DNA of 39,532 nucleotides from a virus (taxonomy: Duplodnaviria; Caudoviricetes), in IMG/VR virus record IMGVR_UViG_3300025277_000007, positions 1 to 39,532 of that record. One strand, given 5' to 3'. The translations under genes and the position numbers were made by a program. This document shows, piece by piece, positions 1 through 7,342 of the stretch (its first letter is position 1; the number at the start of each line of letters is the position of its first letter). The notes beneath the pieces are model-generated. The model worked only from the letters and a program-made list of their open reading frames with translations. It had not been told where the DNA came from and did not search any database.

Positions 1-103
1 CTGGCCACTGGAGCAGACCAGTATCCAGTCTGTGGGTAAACGTATCTGTCCACCCATAAGAACAACGAGCGACAGGTGTAGTGGGGACCAACTGGGACCG
101 GGT
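1..103. repeat. Direct terminal repeat, left copy (circular assembly overlap)
   Basis: ctggccactggagcagacc...actgggaccgggt at 1-103 is identical to 39430-39532. Confidence 0.95.
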
Positions 104-166
104 AGGAGCCGGTGGCGATGGAGCGGGAGTGCTCCGGAGGGTAGGGGGGGGTATTGGTCTATGTAC

Positions 167-709
167 TCATGGCAATTTGATGGCCAGTACAGCGATCAGG
201 TACTCCAGGTCACGTTCGGTGAAGACTCGGCCGATGCAGTTCCTGGCGTACACCAGAGCCTTCTTGCGGTCGGCTCGGTTGGCGGTACGGCCAGCGGCCT
301 GGGCGAAGGGGTTGTCCTTGCCTTCCGGCTCATTGCCGGCCAGCAGGCGACGGATCTGTGACCAGGACAGGCTCTTGTCAGTTCGGTGATGATCGAGGAA
401 GCCGTCGAAGCCACCGTACTCTTCAGCGGCGGTGGCGAATCGGATGCAATGGTACAGATCCCTTACTCCCACCTGTAAATCGTTGGCCAGGTGTTGTACT
501 ACAGAGGGTTCCCCTGCGGCATTGCGGTTAGAACGCCGGTAGGAGCCTGAGTCGAGTATGGCCCTGCCCACATCATGTTTGGCCCTGGCCAGGATCTCCC
601 TGGCGGCATACGACGCCTCGACTCTGATGGCCGTCAGCTCCTGCAGCAGATACTCGTACTCTTCCATGGGCGTCAGGCTGGACTGATGTACTACCGGGAG
701 ATCGGTCAA
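167..709 (-). CDS. DUF1016/YhcG N-terminal-like DNA-binding protein
   Basis: Pattern 'VGRAIL...VVQHLANDL..GVRDLYHCIRF...LSWSQIRRLL' resembles the YhcG N-terminal domain; likely TTG start at 709 preceded by GGAGG (ORF track extends to 754). Confidence 0.6.
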   Translation of the reverse strand: MTDLPVVHQSSLTPMEEYEYLLQELTAIRVEASYAAREILARAKHDVGRAILDSGSYRRSNRNAAGEPSVVQHLANDLQVGVRDLYHCIRFATAAEEYGGFDGFLDHHRTDKSLSWSQIRRLLAGNEPEGKDNPFAQAAGRTANRADRKKALVYARNCIGRVFTERDLEYLIAVLAIKLP

Positions 710-887
710 TGGAGCCTCCAGGTAAATAGGCCGGTGAATGGAATAGCCTTCCACCCACCGGCCTGGGGAGGCGAAAACAGAAGAAGAGGGGGGACTCCTG
801 TCTTCACCCGCTCATACGAAGTAAAACTTCATGGGTACCGCTGAAGATTTGCTTCGTAAGCCGGTACCCGGATCGGTGCCCATCATG

Positions 888-1079
888 TCAAACCACCATC
901 TCTTCCCCACCGCATTTCCAGCAGCACTTGTCCTCTGGTTCCCCTACAGCACCACACCGCTTGCAATGAGGGGCCGTCCTGCTGTCCAGACGGTTACGGG
1001 GGGACTGATGGCCAGAGATCGTCCACATCGGCTTACAGGGCCGTACAGGAGCCTTCAGGGGCTTTGTTGAGCTCATCAT
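888..1079 (-). CDS. Small zinc-ribbon protein
   Basis: CKRC...CWKC motif; abuts the upstream HTH gene. Confidence 0.55.
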   Translation of the reverse strand: MMSSTKPLKAPVRPCKPMWTISGHQSPRNRLDSRTAPHCKRCGAVGEPEDKCCWKCGGEEMVV

Positions 1080-1315
1080 CAGACTTCATCCTGACCTCGC
1101 ACCAGTATATCGTTCGGCTCACACTGCAGAGCCGCACAGAGTCGGCTGAGAGTGCGATGGTTCCAGCCGGCCCCGTCAAACAGGCGGCAAAGATGGAAGT
1201 AGCCGATGTCCGTATGCCTGGCCAGTTCCTGCTGGTTGGGGATCTGCACCGGCACCATCAACCTTCGTACCTGCGCCCGATCAATCACCCAACGCTTCAC
1301 CTTTTTCTTTGCCAT
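1079..1315 (-). CDS. Cro/CI-type (XRE) helix-turn-helix regulator, probably leaderless
   Basis: 'QQELARHTDIGYFHLCRL...TLSRLCAALQCEPNDIL' is XRE HTH-like; ATG at 1315 lies 7 nt downstream of a -10 box. Confidence 0.8.
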   Translation of the reverse strand: MAKKKVKRWVIDRAQVRRLMVPVQIPNQQELARHTDIGYFHLCRLFDGAGWNHRTLSRLCAALQCEPNDILVRGQDEV

Positions 1316-1322
1316 ATGTAAA

Positions 1323-1351
1323 AAGATACCATAATTGTCTTGACAGTGCAA
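1323..1351 (-). promoter_or_regulatory. Leftward sigma70-type promoter for the HTH gene
   Basis: Minus strand TTGCAC (1351-1346), 17 nt, TATCTT (1328-1323) with extended TG. Confidence 0.65.
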
Positions 1352-1368
1352 ACAGCCATGTATAAATT
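1340..1368 (+). promoter_or_regulatory. Rightward sigma70-type promoter
   Basis: TTGACA (1340-1345), 17 nt, TAAATT (1363-1368). Confidence 0.65.
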
Positions 1369-1410
1369 TACATATCCCATATCCATAACCTGAACCTCGA
1401 GGAGAAAACA

Positions 1411-1728
1411 GTGGTAAGCCCACATCATTATCCTACCATCGAATTTGCCAACGGCAAGATCCAGAAACGGATGGCCAACCTCATGCCCCGCTGGCGACGG
1501 CGACGGGGGGCGGTGAATGTCCCCGGTCCCGAGGCCGAGTATGTTCATGCCTTCGCCATGAAACATTCCCCCAACTGGCTGGTGTTCTGGCCGGGGGAAT
1601 GGGCCATCGTCGGAGACGAACAATTCATCTGCTCGTACGCCCCGTCCAATCAGGAATCACGGGACAACCTCGTCTCCATCTCCAACCGACGGCCGCTGCT
1701 GATGATGCTGCATAGCGATTACCTGTAG
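1411..1728 (+). CDS. Hypothetical protein
   Basis: GTG start preceded by GAGGAG; first ORF after the rightward promoter. Confidence 0.6.
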   Translation: MVSPHHYPTIEFANGKIQKRMANLMPRWRRRRGAVNVPGPEAEYVHAFAMKHSPNWLVFWPGEWAIVGDEQFICSYAPSNQESRDNLVSISNRRPLLMMLHSDYL

Positions 1729-1729
1729 C

Positions 1730-1984
1730 TTGAGATTCTCCGAAGCCCAAGCCTGGGTGACGCTTGAAGAACCGCCGGGCAGGCCCCCCACCCACTGCGA
1801 CCTGAGTAACCTCAAACACTGGCGCAAGGTGTACCGGAAAGAACGGGAACTCGATGTGGAGCCGGAAGCAGAATACGAGACATCAACGAGCCGCTCAGAT
1901 GTCCTGCGTGGCAATCTGTCTGCTGATCCTCGCCGGACTATGGATCGCTGGCTACAACCTAATAACCGTGGAGAAACCCTCTGA
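1730..1984 (+). CDS. Hypothetical protein (start uncertain)
   Basis: Fills the gap in the operon; stop overlaps the next ATG (TGATG). Confidence 0.4.
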   Translation: MRFSEAQAWVTLEEPPGRPPTHCDLSNLKHWRKVYRKERELDVEPEAEYETSTSRSDVLRGNLSADPRRTMDRWLQPNNRGETL

Positions 1985-2730
1985 TGGCAATCTCACTGAA
2001 CCGGGATGGTGACCGCGCCCTGGTGGAGTTCGACTACTCCAACGCCACCAAGAACCGCAGCAAGAAGGGCGACGGGTTCTACTACACCTTCGCCATCAAT
2101 GGTGGTGACAAGCTGCATGTCAATCGCCATGGATTCATGGCCATCGATCAAGCCTGGTGCGGCAAGAACGGCACCATGAAGATCGAACGCGTCGGCGTCG
2201 ATCAATACTTCTGCGAGGCCCAGTCCGGCGGTGCCGACTACCCGCTGGAACTGAAACAGTGGAACCAGAACACCAAAGGCTTCGATGACGTACAAGGCTG
2301 GCAGATGGGCCAGGACCCCGAGAACCCCGGTCAGAGCGCCCCTGCGGCCGCACAGCCCCCGCCGCCCCGGCAACAGCAGTCACAGCCACAGAACAACCAG
2401 CAGGCCCAGCAGCAGGCCCCTGTGGCCGCTGACGGGCCTTCCTGGGACGATCTGGCCGGCACCATGGGTCACGCGCTGATGGTCGCGGTGGGCATCTGGG
2501 AGCATGAAGGCCCGCAGGCCGCCACCGGAGATGTGGCCGGTGCCATCGAACGCATGGCGGTGTCCCTCTACATCGATGCGCGGAAGATGGGGCTGGCGGT
2601 GCCGTCGCAGGCAACGCAGGACGGTCCCATGCAAGAGATTGTACAGCAGGTGGTGCAGGGAATTGACGGCCAGGTGGATGAACAGCAGGCGGCACTCAAT
2701 GCTGCCGGTGAAGACGACCTCCTGTTCTGA
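1984..2730 (+). CDS. Putative single-stranded DNA-binding protein
   Basis: Beta-rich N-terminus, Q/P-rich linker, acidic-hydrophobic C-terminal tip 'GEDDLLF'; GGAG RBS; next to RusA. Confidence 0.5.
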   Translation: MAISLNRDGDRALVEFDYSNATKNRSKKGDGFYYTFAINGGDKLHVNRHGFMAIDQAWCGKNGTMKIERVGVDQYFCEAQSGGADYPLELKQWNQNTKGFDDVQGWQMGQDPENPGQSAPAAAQPPPPRQQQSQPQNNQQAQQQAPVAADGPSWDDLAGTMGHALMVAVGIWEHEGPQAATGDVAGAIERMAVSLYIDARKMGLAVPSQATQDGPMQEIVQQVVQGIDGQVDEQQAALNAAGEDDLLF

Positions 2731-3095
2731 TGCGGAGATTCGTAATGCTCGGCTCCTTTCCCGGCCTCAACAACATTGTCGAAACGGCCAAGAGGCACTG
2801 GGCCGTCTACTCTACAGAAAAAAAGCAGAAGACCACCTCGGTGGCCATTATGGCCAGGGCCGCCGGGCTGGAGCCGGTCACTGGCAAGTGCGTTGTGCGC
2901 TGCCTGTGGTTTGAAAAGGACAAAAGGCGTGATCCAGACAACATCCGCGTCGGCATCAAGTATATTCTCGACGGTCTGGTCGAGGCCGGCGTCCTGCCCA
3001 CCGACGGCTGGAAATGCATCACCGGCCTGGAAGATCGCTTCCATGTCGATAAGGAACGTCCCCGAGTAGAGATCGAAATCATCGAGGAGCCATGA
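2730..3095 (+). CDS. rusA: RusA-family Holliday junction resolvase
   Basis: 'KRRDPDNI...KYILDGLVEAGVLPTDG...PRVEIEI' catalytic motif pattern. Confidence 0.88.
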   Translation: MRRFVMLGSFPGLNNIVETAKRHWAVYSTEKKQKTTSVAIMARAAGLEPVTGKCVVRCLWFEKDKRRDPDNIRVGIKYILDGLVEAGVLPTDGWKCITGLEDRFHVDKERPRVEIEIIEEP

Positions 3096-3502
3096 ACTAT
3101 ACCGAACAGACCTGGCCGTCAGACCGCTGGCCCAACTTCTCTTTCAACGAGGCCAAGTGCAGCCATACCGGCAGATGCGACATCAACAACGGCTTCATGG
3201 ATCAATTGCAGGAGCTGCGCCGACGCTATGACCGCCCCATCACCGTGACCTCGCTCTACAGGCACGTCACCCACCCTGTTGAGGAAGCCAAGGAACAACC
3301 CGGTGCCCATACCACCGGCAAGGCCGTGGACATCGCCGTGTCCCATGCGGAAGCCCATACCGTGCTGCGCCTGGCGATGAATATGGGCGTGTTCCTGGGC
3401 GTCGGCGTCAAGCAGAAAGGCACAGGGCGCTTCCTGCATCTCGATGTGCTACGCAACGAAGAGGTGTCCTACATCCCCCGGCCGAGACTCTGGAGCTATT
3501 AG
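3092..3502 (+). CDS. Peptidase M15A-family endolysin
   Basis: 'NFSFNE', 'TSLYRH', 'HTTGKAVDI', 'FLHLD' zinc-peptidase motifs. Confidence 0.88.
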   Translation: MNYTEQTWPSDRWPNFSFNEAKCSHTGRCDINNGFMDQLQELRRRYDRPITVTSLYRHVTHPVEEAKEQPGAHTTGKAVDIAVSHAEAHTVLRLAMNMGVFLGVGVKQKGTGRFLHLDVLRNEEVSYIPRPRLWSY

Positions 3503-3637
3503 GTCCGGTTCACCCCGTTCCGCTTCCTGCGAAGTCTCCGCAGCACCGACGCTCTGCGCCGGGATCTTCTCCGGCCCAGAGTTGCCTGTAGCCAGTTTCT
3601 GATCCTCCGTAGCCTGTGCCATCTGCGTTCACCGCTG

Positions 3638-3838
3638 CTACTTCCCGTGATCGCCCCCGGCGTGGGCTTTGGCCGCGTCCACCAGCGCCTGGCAGATGAT
3701 GTAGATCATCAGAGGAACTCCCTGATAATCCGTCCCCGCAGCCGCCCCCTCGGCCAGCACCGCTGCGCCGACCTTCTTGCTCACAGCAGACTTCAGACGT
3801 TCGACAACGAAACTACCCAAGTGTCCCATTTTTATCAT
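3638..3838 (-). CDS. Small hydrophobic protein, possible holin
   Basis: 'SKKVGAAVL...LMIYIICQALVDAAK'; at the end of the late operon next to the endolysin. Confidence 0.45.
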   Translation of the reverse strand: MIKMGHLGSFVVERLKSAVSKKVGAAVLAEGAAAGTDYQGVPLMIYIICQALVDAAKAHAGGDHGK

Positions 3839-4013
3839 CCTCTGTTTCGGTTACCACCTCAAGCTCCGGCTGGCTGTCCTTCAGCCCCTGCAGCACCTCC
3901 AATTTGCCCGCGATACGCTGAATCACCGGGTCTGCCATAGCGAGTTGATTTAGACGAGCGTTCTGTTCCTGCTGCAGCTTGTTGATTTGTTCCTGCACGT
4001 CAATCACTGTCAA
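3813..4013 (-). CDS. Small coiled-coil hypothetical protein
   Basis: Heptad-like Q/E/L pattern; AAAGGA RBS. Confidence 0.65.
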   Translation of the reverse strand: MTVIDVQEQINKLQQEQNARLNQLAMADPVIQRIAGKLEVLQGLKDSQPELEVVTETEDDKNGTLG

Positions 4014-4031
4014 TCCTTTCGTGGTGCGTCA

Positions 4032-4259
4032 TTAACCGGCCCTGCTGCCCAGAGCGCCCTTGATCTCGGCCAGGATCAGGTTGCCGTCCTGCTGGGCCTC
4101 GATCATCTGATCCATCTTGCCCTCCAGGCGTTCAAATGAACCCCCTCCGTCCTGCCGGCCGAAGAGGCGGTATAGCGTATAGCCGACAATCCCTGTCCCG
4201 GCCCCGCCGCCACCCAACCCCATCATCAGGTCTGCCGTGCTTGTCGGATCAGTCGTCAT
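4032..4259 (-). CDS. Small membrane/coiled-coil protein (lysis-cluster type)
   Basis: Gly-rich hydrophobic segment then 'RLEGKMDQM'; ATGA overlap with the upstream gene. Confidence 0.6.
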   Translation of the reverse strand: MTTDPTSTADLMMGLGGGGAGTGIVGYTLYRLFGRQDGGGSFERLEGKMDQMIEAQQDGNLILAEIKGALGSRAG

Positions 4260-4465
4260 TTCTTACGCCCACCGATCCAGACGAAAAACGAGGTGATCAT
4301 CGCCATGATGCCGGCGTCAACGGGATCGAGGTGGAGGAAATCATATAAAAACGGATCTTCATAGCGCATGATCTCCCAGAGCCAGTCCAGTACTTCTTTC
4401 GTGCCAGAGGCAGCGACACCCAACCCGGCGGCACTGCCAATACCGGTTTTTGCTTCTTTCGTCAA
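4256..4465 (-). CDS. Small membrane protein, possible holin
   Basis: Two hydrophobic segments and basic C-terminus 'GGRKK'. Confidence 0.55.
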   Translation of the reverse strand: MTKEAKTGIGSAAGLGVAASGTKEVLDWLWEIMRYEDPFLYDFLHLDPVDAGIMAMITSFFVWIGGRKK

Positions 4466-4479
4466 TCTACGCTTGCCAT

Positions 4480-4908
4480 CTAATTATCGGGATGAGATAA
4501 TTTATACGCCGTTGCAAAACAATACGTGCTGATCCACATCAAGATTCCGAAAACCGCTTCATGATTCCACCACTCCATCCACCTATAGCCGCCCGGAAAA
4601 CCGATCACCTTCCAGGTTTCGTATAGCAGTGTGACCGCGACCGCCGCCATCCCGCTCCATAGCCCCGCGCTTTTTGCGGAGTCGGCGGCTTGCTGTTTTT
4701 TGGTCAGCGTGACGGCGATCTCTTCAGCCGCCGCCGTTTTGGTGATGTTTTCCTCTAACTCCCGACGGTCACCCCGGTGGCTTGTCCGTGCCAGGCGCAG
4801 CGCGGCGCTGGTTTCGTCTAACTGTTTAACCAGTGTATCATAATGCCCACGTAACTCCCCAAAAGACGCTACCTCCGCAGCCCTGCGTGGTGTTTTTCTG
4901 TTGTTCAT
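4480..4908 (-). CDS. Coiled-coil protein with two C-terminal transmembrane segments
   Basis: N-terminal coiled coil; hydrophobic 'GLWSGMAAVAVTLLY' and 'AVFGILMWISTYCFA'. Confidence 0.65.
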   Translation of the reverse strand: MNNRKTPRRAAEVASFGELRGHYDTLVKQLDETSAALRLARTSHRGDRRELEENITKTAAAEEIAVTLTKKQQAADSAKSAGLWSGMAAVAVTLLYETWKVIGFPGGYRWMEWWNHEAVFGILMWISTYCFATAYKLSHPDN

Positions 4909-4941
4909 CTCCGATCTGCTCTTGGATCTTTTCGGGATTCA

Positions 4942-5262
4942 TTATTCCTCTGCCCACGTAATTGAAGCTGCGGTCAAGTCAGTCTTGAGTTTGGCATACA
5001 ACTGCTGATGGATGTTGGCAGCGATATTTACGCCGGTTGCCTTGACGCGATCTACCCGTGGGCAGACCAACGTCTGGCCGATTAACCGTCCATCGGTCAC
5101 TCTGGCGGCTTCAGCAGCATCTTTATATACCGCCAGATCAGCACAAGCGTAGAACGTGCCGTCACTGCGATCCTTCTTTATCACATCGACCACACCGATG
5201 CGGACATAGCACCCTGCGGCCACATAATCCCCTTGCAGGGGTACACTTACGATGAGTGCCAT
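4942..5262 (-). CDS. Tail-fibre-associated hypothetical protein
   Basis: Immediately downstream of the tail fibre; 'YVRIG..V...L.VY...QLYAKLK' pattern typical of that position. Confidence 0.55.
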   Translation of the reverse strand: MALIVSVPLQGDYVAAGCYVRIGVVDVIKKDRSDGTFYACADLAVYKDAAEAARVTDGRLIGQTLVCPRVDRVKATGVNIAANIHQQLYAKLKTDLTAASITWAEE

Positions 5263-5263
5263 G

Positions 5264-7333
5264 TCAGTTCTCCAACAGGTTCAGCCGTGAGGCCAGTTCA
5301 ATATTTGTCTGGCGAAGTTCGTTCAGTTCCTCTTTTAGTTCTACATCCCGGCAGTAGCTCTGCCATGCCTGACCTATGAGAGCGCGTTGCGTTTGAGCGC
5401 CATTTACCAGCCCACGATGCCCCTCGGCTTCTTCTTCTGGCGAACAATATCCAAGGAGTTCGGCATCAATAAGATCCTGTTTATGATACTTCACCAGATG
5501 ATCAAATCGACTGCGAACAACCGTAGCAGGATCAGACGTTTCAATAGCCATCGCACGGAGAAGAGTGGCATCTTCAAAAAGGTCAAAAGCTCCTCCGTCA
5601 GCACCGTTGTAATGGAAGTCTCCGTCCTCGTCGATTACAAACAACGCTGGGTTTGCTGATGAAACCCTTGCTGAGAAAACAAAGCAGTTGCCATTAGCCG
5701 CTACGGCTACATTTGCATTAGCTCCATCGTGCTGTGTAGTATACCAATGATGTAAACCTAAAGCTGATGTGCTTTTTGCAGTATCTGCTTGACCACCCTG
5801 AGAAATACTGACGTTAACGGTTGCTAACGACGCGGAGTTCTCTCCGGTAGCAGTCAGGACAACGCCGCCCAAAGTATTACTCGCCTTTTGGATGAAAAAG
5901 TAGTCATCCGTTTCCTGGGTATCCCAATATCCGTTCGTCGTATGGCCCGTTCCAATATCAGATGATTTACAGACCAAAATCTTATCATCAGCCACTCCCT
6001 GATTGATCGTCAGGCCGGTGGTCATTTGGCCGTTGACGGTTTCGTTGATGCCTATAAGGCCAGAATGCGCCATTGTCATCAAAGTTCTTGAGTCAGTATC
6101 GTTGTAAAAATACAGGTGATTGGTGTTGTTGTGGATCGTGACATCGTCCGCGCTACCCGACGTATCCACGAAATACAGCGTTGGGAGAGTGCCTTCTATC
6201 GTCAACGCAGGAGCTGATGTAAAAGTGCCCGGTGTGGAAGTCCCACCGATGAGAAGGTTGCCACCAAGAGCAGCACTAAATGTCTTTGCCCCACTAAATG
6301 TTTGAGTACCAGATAAATGAGCAGTGTCATCATCAAGATATGCGCTGGCAACTTTAGTGCCTTGCCATACGCCAGTACCTATAGTGCCTGTAGTGACGAT
6401 ACTGCTACTACCTGCAACGACGCCATAGATAGACCCGATGGCCGTACCGCCAATCGTTATGGCATCTGCTTCCAAGGTGCCGTCAACATCAATATCGCCA
6501 GCCAGATCAATGTGGCCTGGGATCGTTACAACAGATGCACTTCCAGCACCAACTGTTACATCTACTTCGCCATCTGTGGTAGAGCCAGTTAAGGCTAAAC
6601 CTACAGTATTATTACCGTCATTTTCAGCCACATATAATTTAATCGCACCGCACTCGTCGCCGTTGCTGGCATCAGCTACCACGCCCTCGATGCGAGCAAA
6701 CTCAATATTATCTTGATTGTCGTCATCGCCATAGAAGGTAATCGTACCGCAGACATCGTTATCTGCTCCTGCAGCACCCTTGTCATTGATGAACTTCAGG
6801 TACGCGCTCGTCGCACCATTATTAGTGTTTTTCAGCGTGACAACAGGCTCGTTGGCCGACGCTGAGGTTGCCAGGATGTCGGCTGAAGCAGTGATCGTTG
6901 AGGCTGACAACGCCAGCACCTCTGCTGTCTCAACAGTGAAAGCCATGTCGGTGCCATGGGTGTAGACAATCGACCCTGCGTCGTTGTCATTTACATCTCC
7001 AAAATAGATAGAATTTGTCGTAGAGGCCCCTGAAAGGAACGACATCCCAGGATTGGCAGTGCCTTCAATGACAAAGTCGTTGCCACTGGCATGGGCCGTT
7101 ACCGATCCGGCGCTGGCCACATGGACATGCAACTTGCCGTCACCACCCCCGGCCGCAAGCCCTGATCCGGTGACCAGTGAGCCGAACAGATAGTCGTCGG
7201 TCTGGTTCAGGTTGTCGTTGTTGAGGGTATTGTCGTTGACGCCTGTGAGTATCCCATTGAACTCGGCATTCAAATCAGCTGCCGTCAATGTCTCGTTGGC
7301 GTTCCAGGTCTTCGTTCTGCTGATATTAGGCAT
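5264..7333 (-). CDS. Tail fibre / receptor-binding protein
   Basis: N-terminal 'ETLTAADLNAEFN' anchor, G/T/S/N-rich beta-strand body, C-terminal coiled coil. Confidence 0.8.
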   Translation of the reverse strand: MPNISRTKTWNANETLTAADLNAEFNGILTGVNDNTLNNDNLNQTDDYLFGSLVTGSGLAAGGGDGKLHVHVASAGSVTAHASGNDFVIEGTANPGMSFLSGASTTNSIYFGDVNDNDAGSIVYTHGTDMAFTVETAEVLALSASTITASADILATSASANEPVVTLKNTNNGATSAYLKFINDKGAAGADNDVCGTITFYGDDDNQDNIEFARIEGVVADASNGDECGAIKLYVAENDGNNTVGLALTGSTTDGEVDVTVGAGSASVVTIPGHIDLAGDIDVDGTLEADAITIGGTAIGSIYGVVAGSSSIVTTGTIGTGVWQGTKVASAYLDDDTAHLSGTQTFSGAKTFSAALGGNLLIGGTSTPGTFTSAPALTIEGTLPTLYFVDTSGSADDVTIHNNTNHLYFYNDTDSRTLMTMAHSGLIGINETVNGQMTTGLTINQGVADDKILVCKSSDIGTGHTTNGYWDTQETDDYFFIQKASNTLGGVVLTATGENSASLATVNVSISQGGQADTAKSTSALGLHHWYTTQHDGANANVAVAANGNCFVFSARVSSANPALFVIDEDGDFHYNGADGGAFDLFEDATLLRAMAIETSDPATVVRSRFDHLVKYHKQDLIDAELLGYCSPEEEAEGHRGLVNGAQTQRALIGQAWQSYCRDVELKEELNELRQTNIELASRLNLLEN

Positions 7334-7342
7334 GGCTTTTCC

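Noticed and set aside
1-103. 103-bp terminal repeat as the biological genome end
   Set aside because: An exact end overlap of this size is typical of circular assembly, and it cuts through a plausible continuous non-coding region; cannot be called a true DTR without reads
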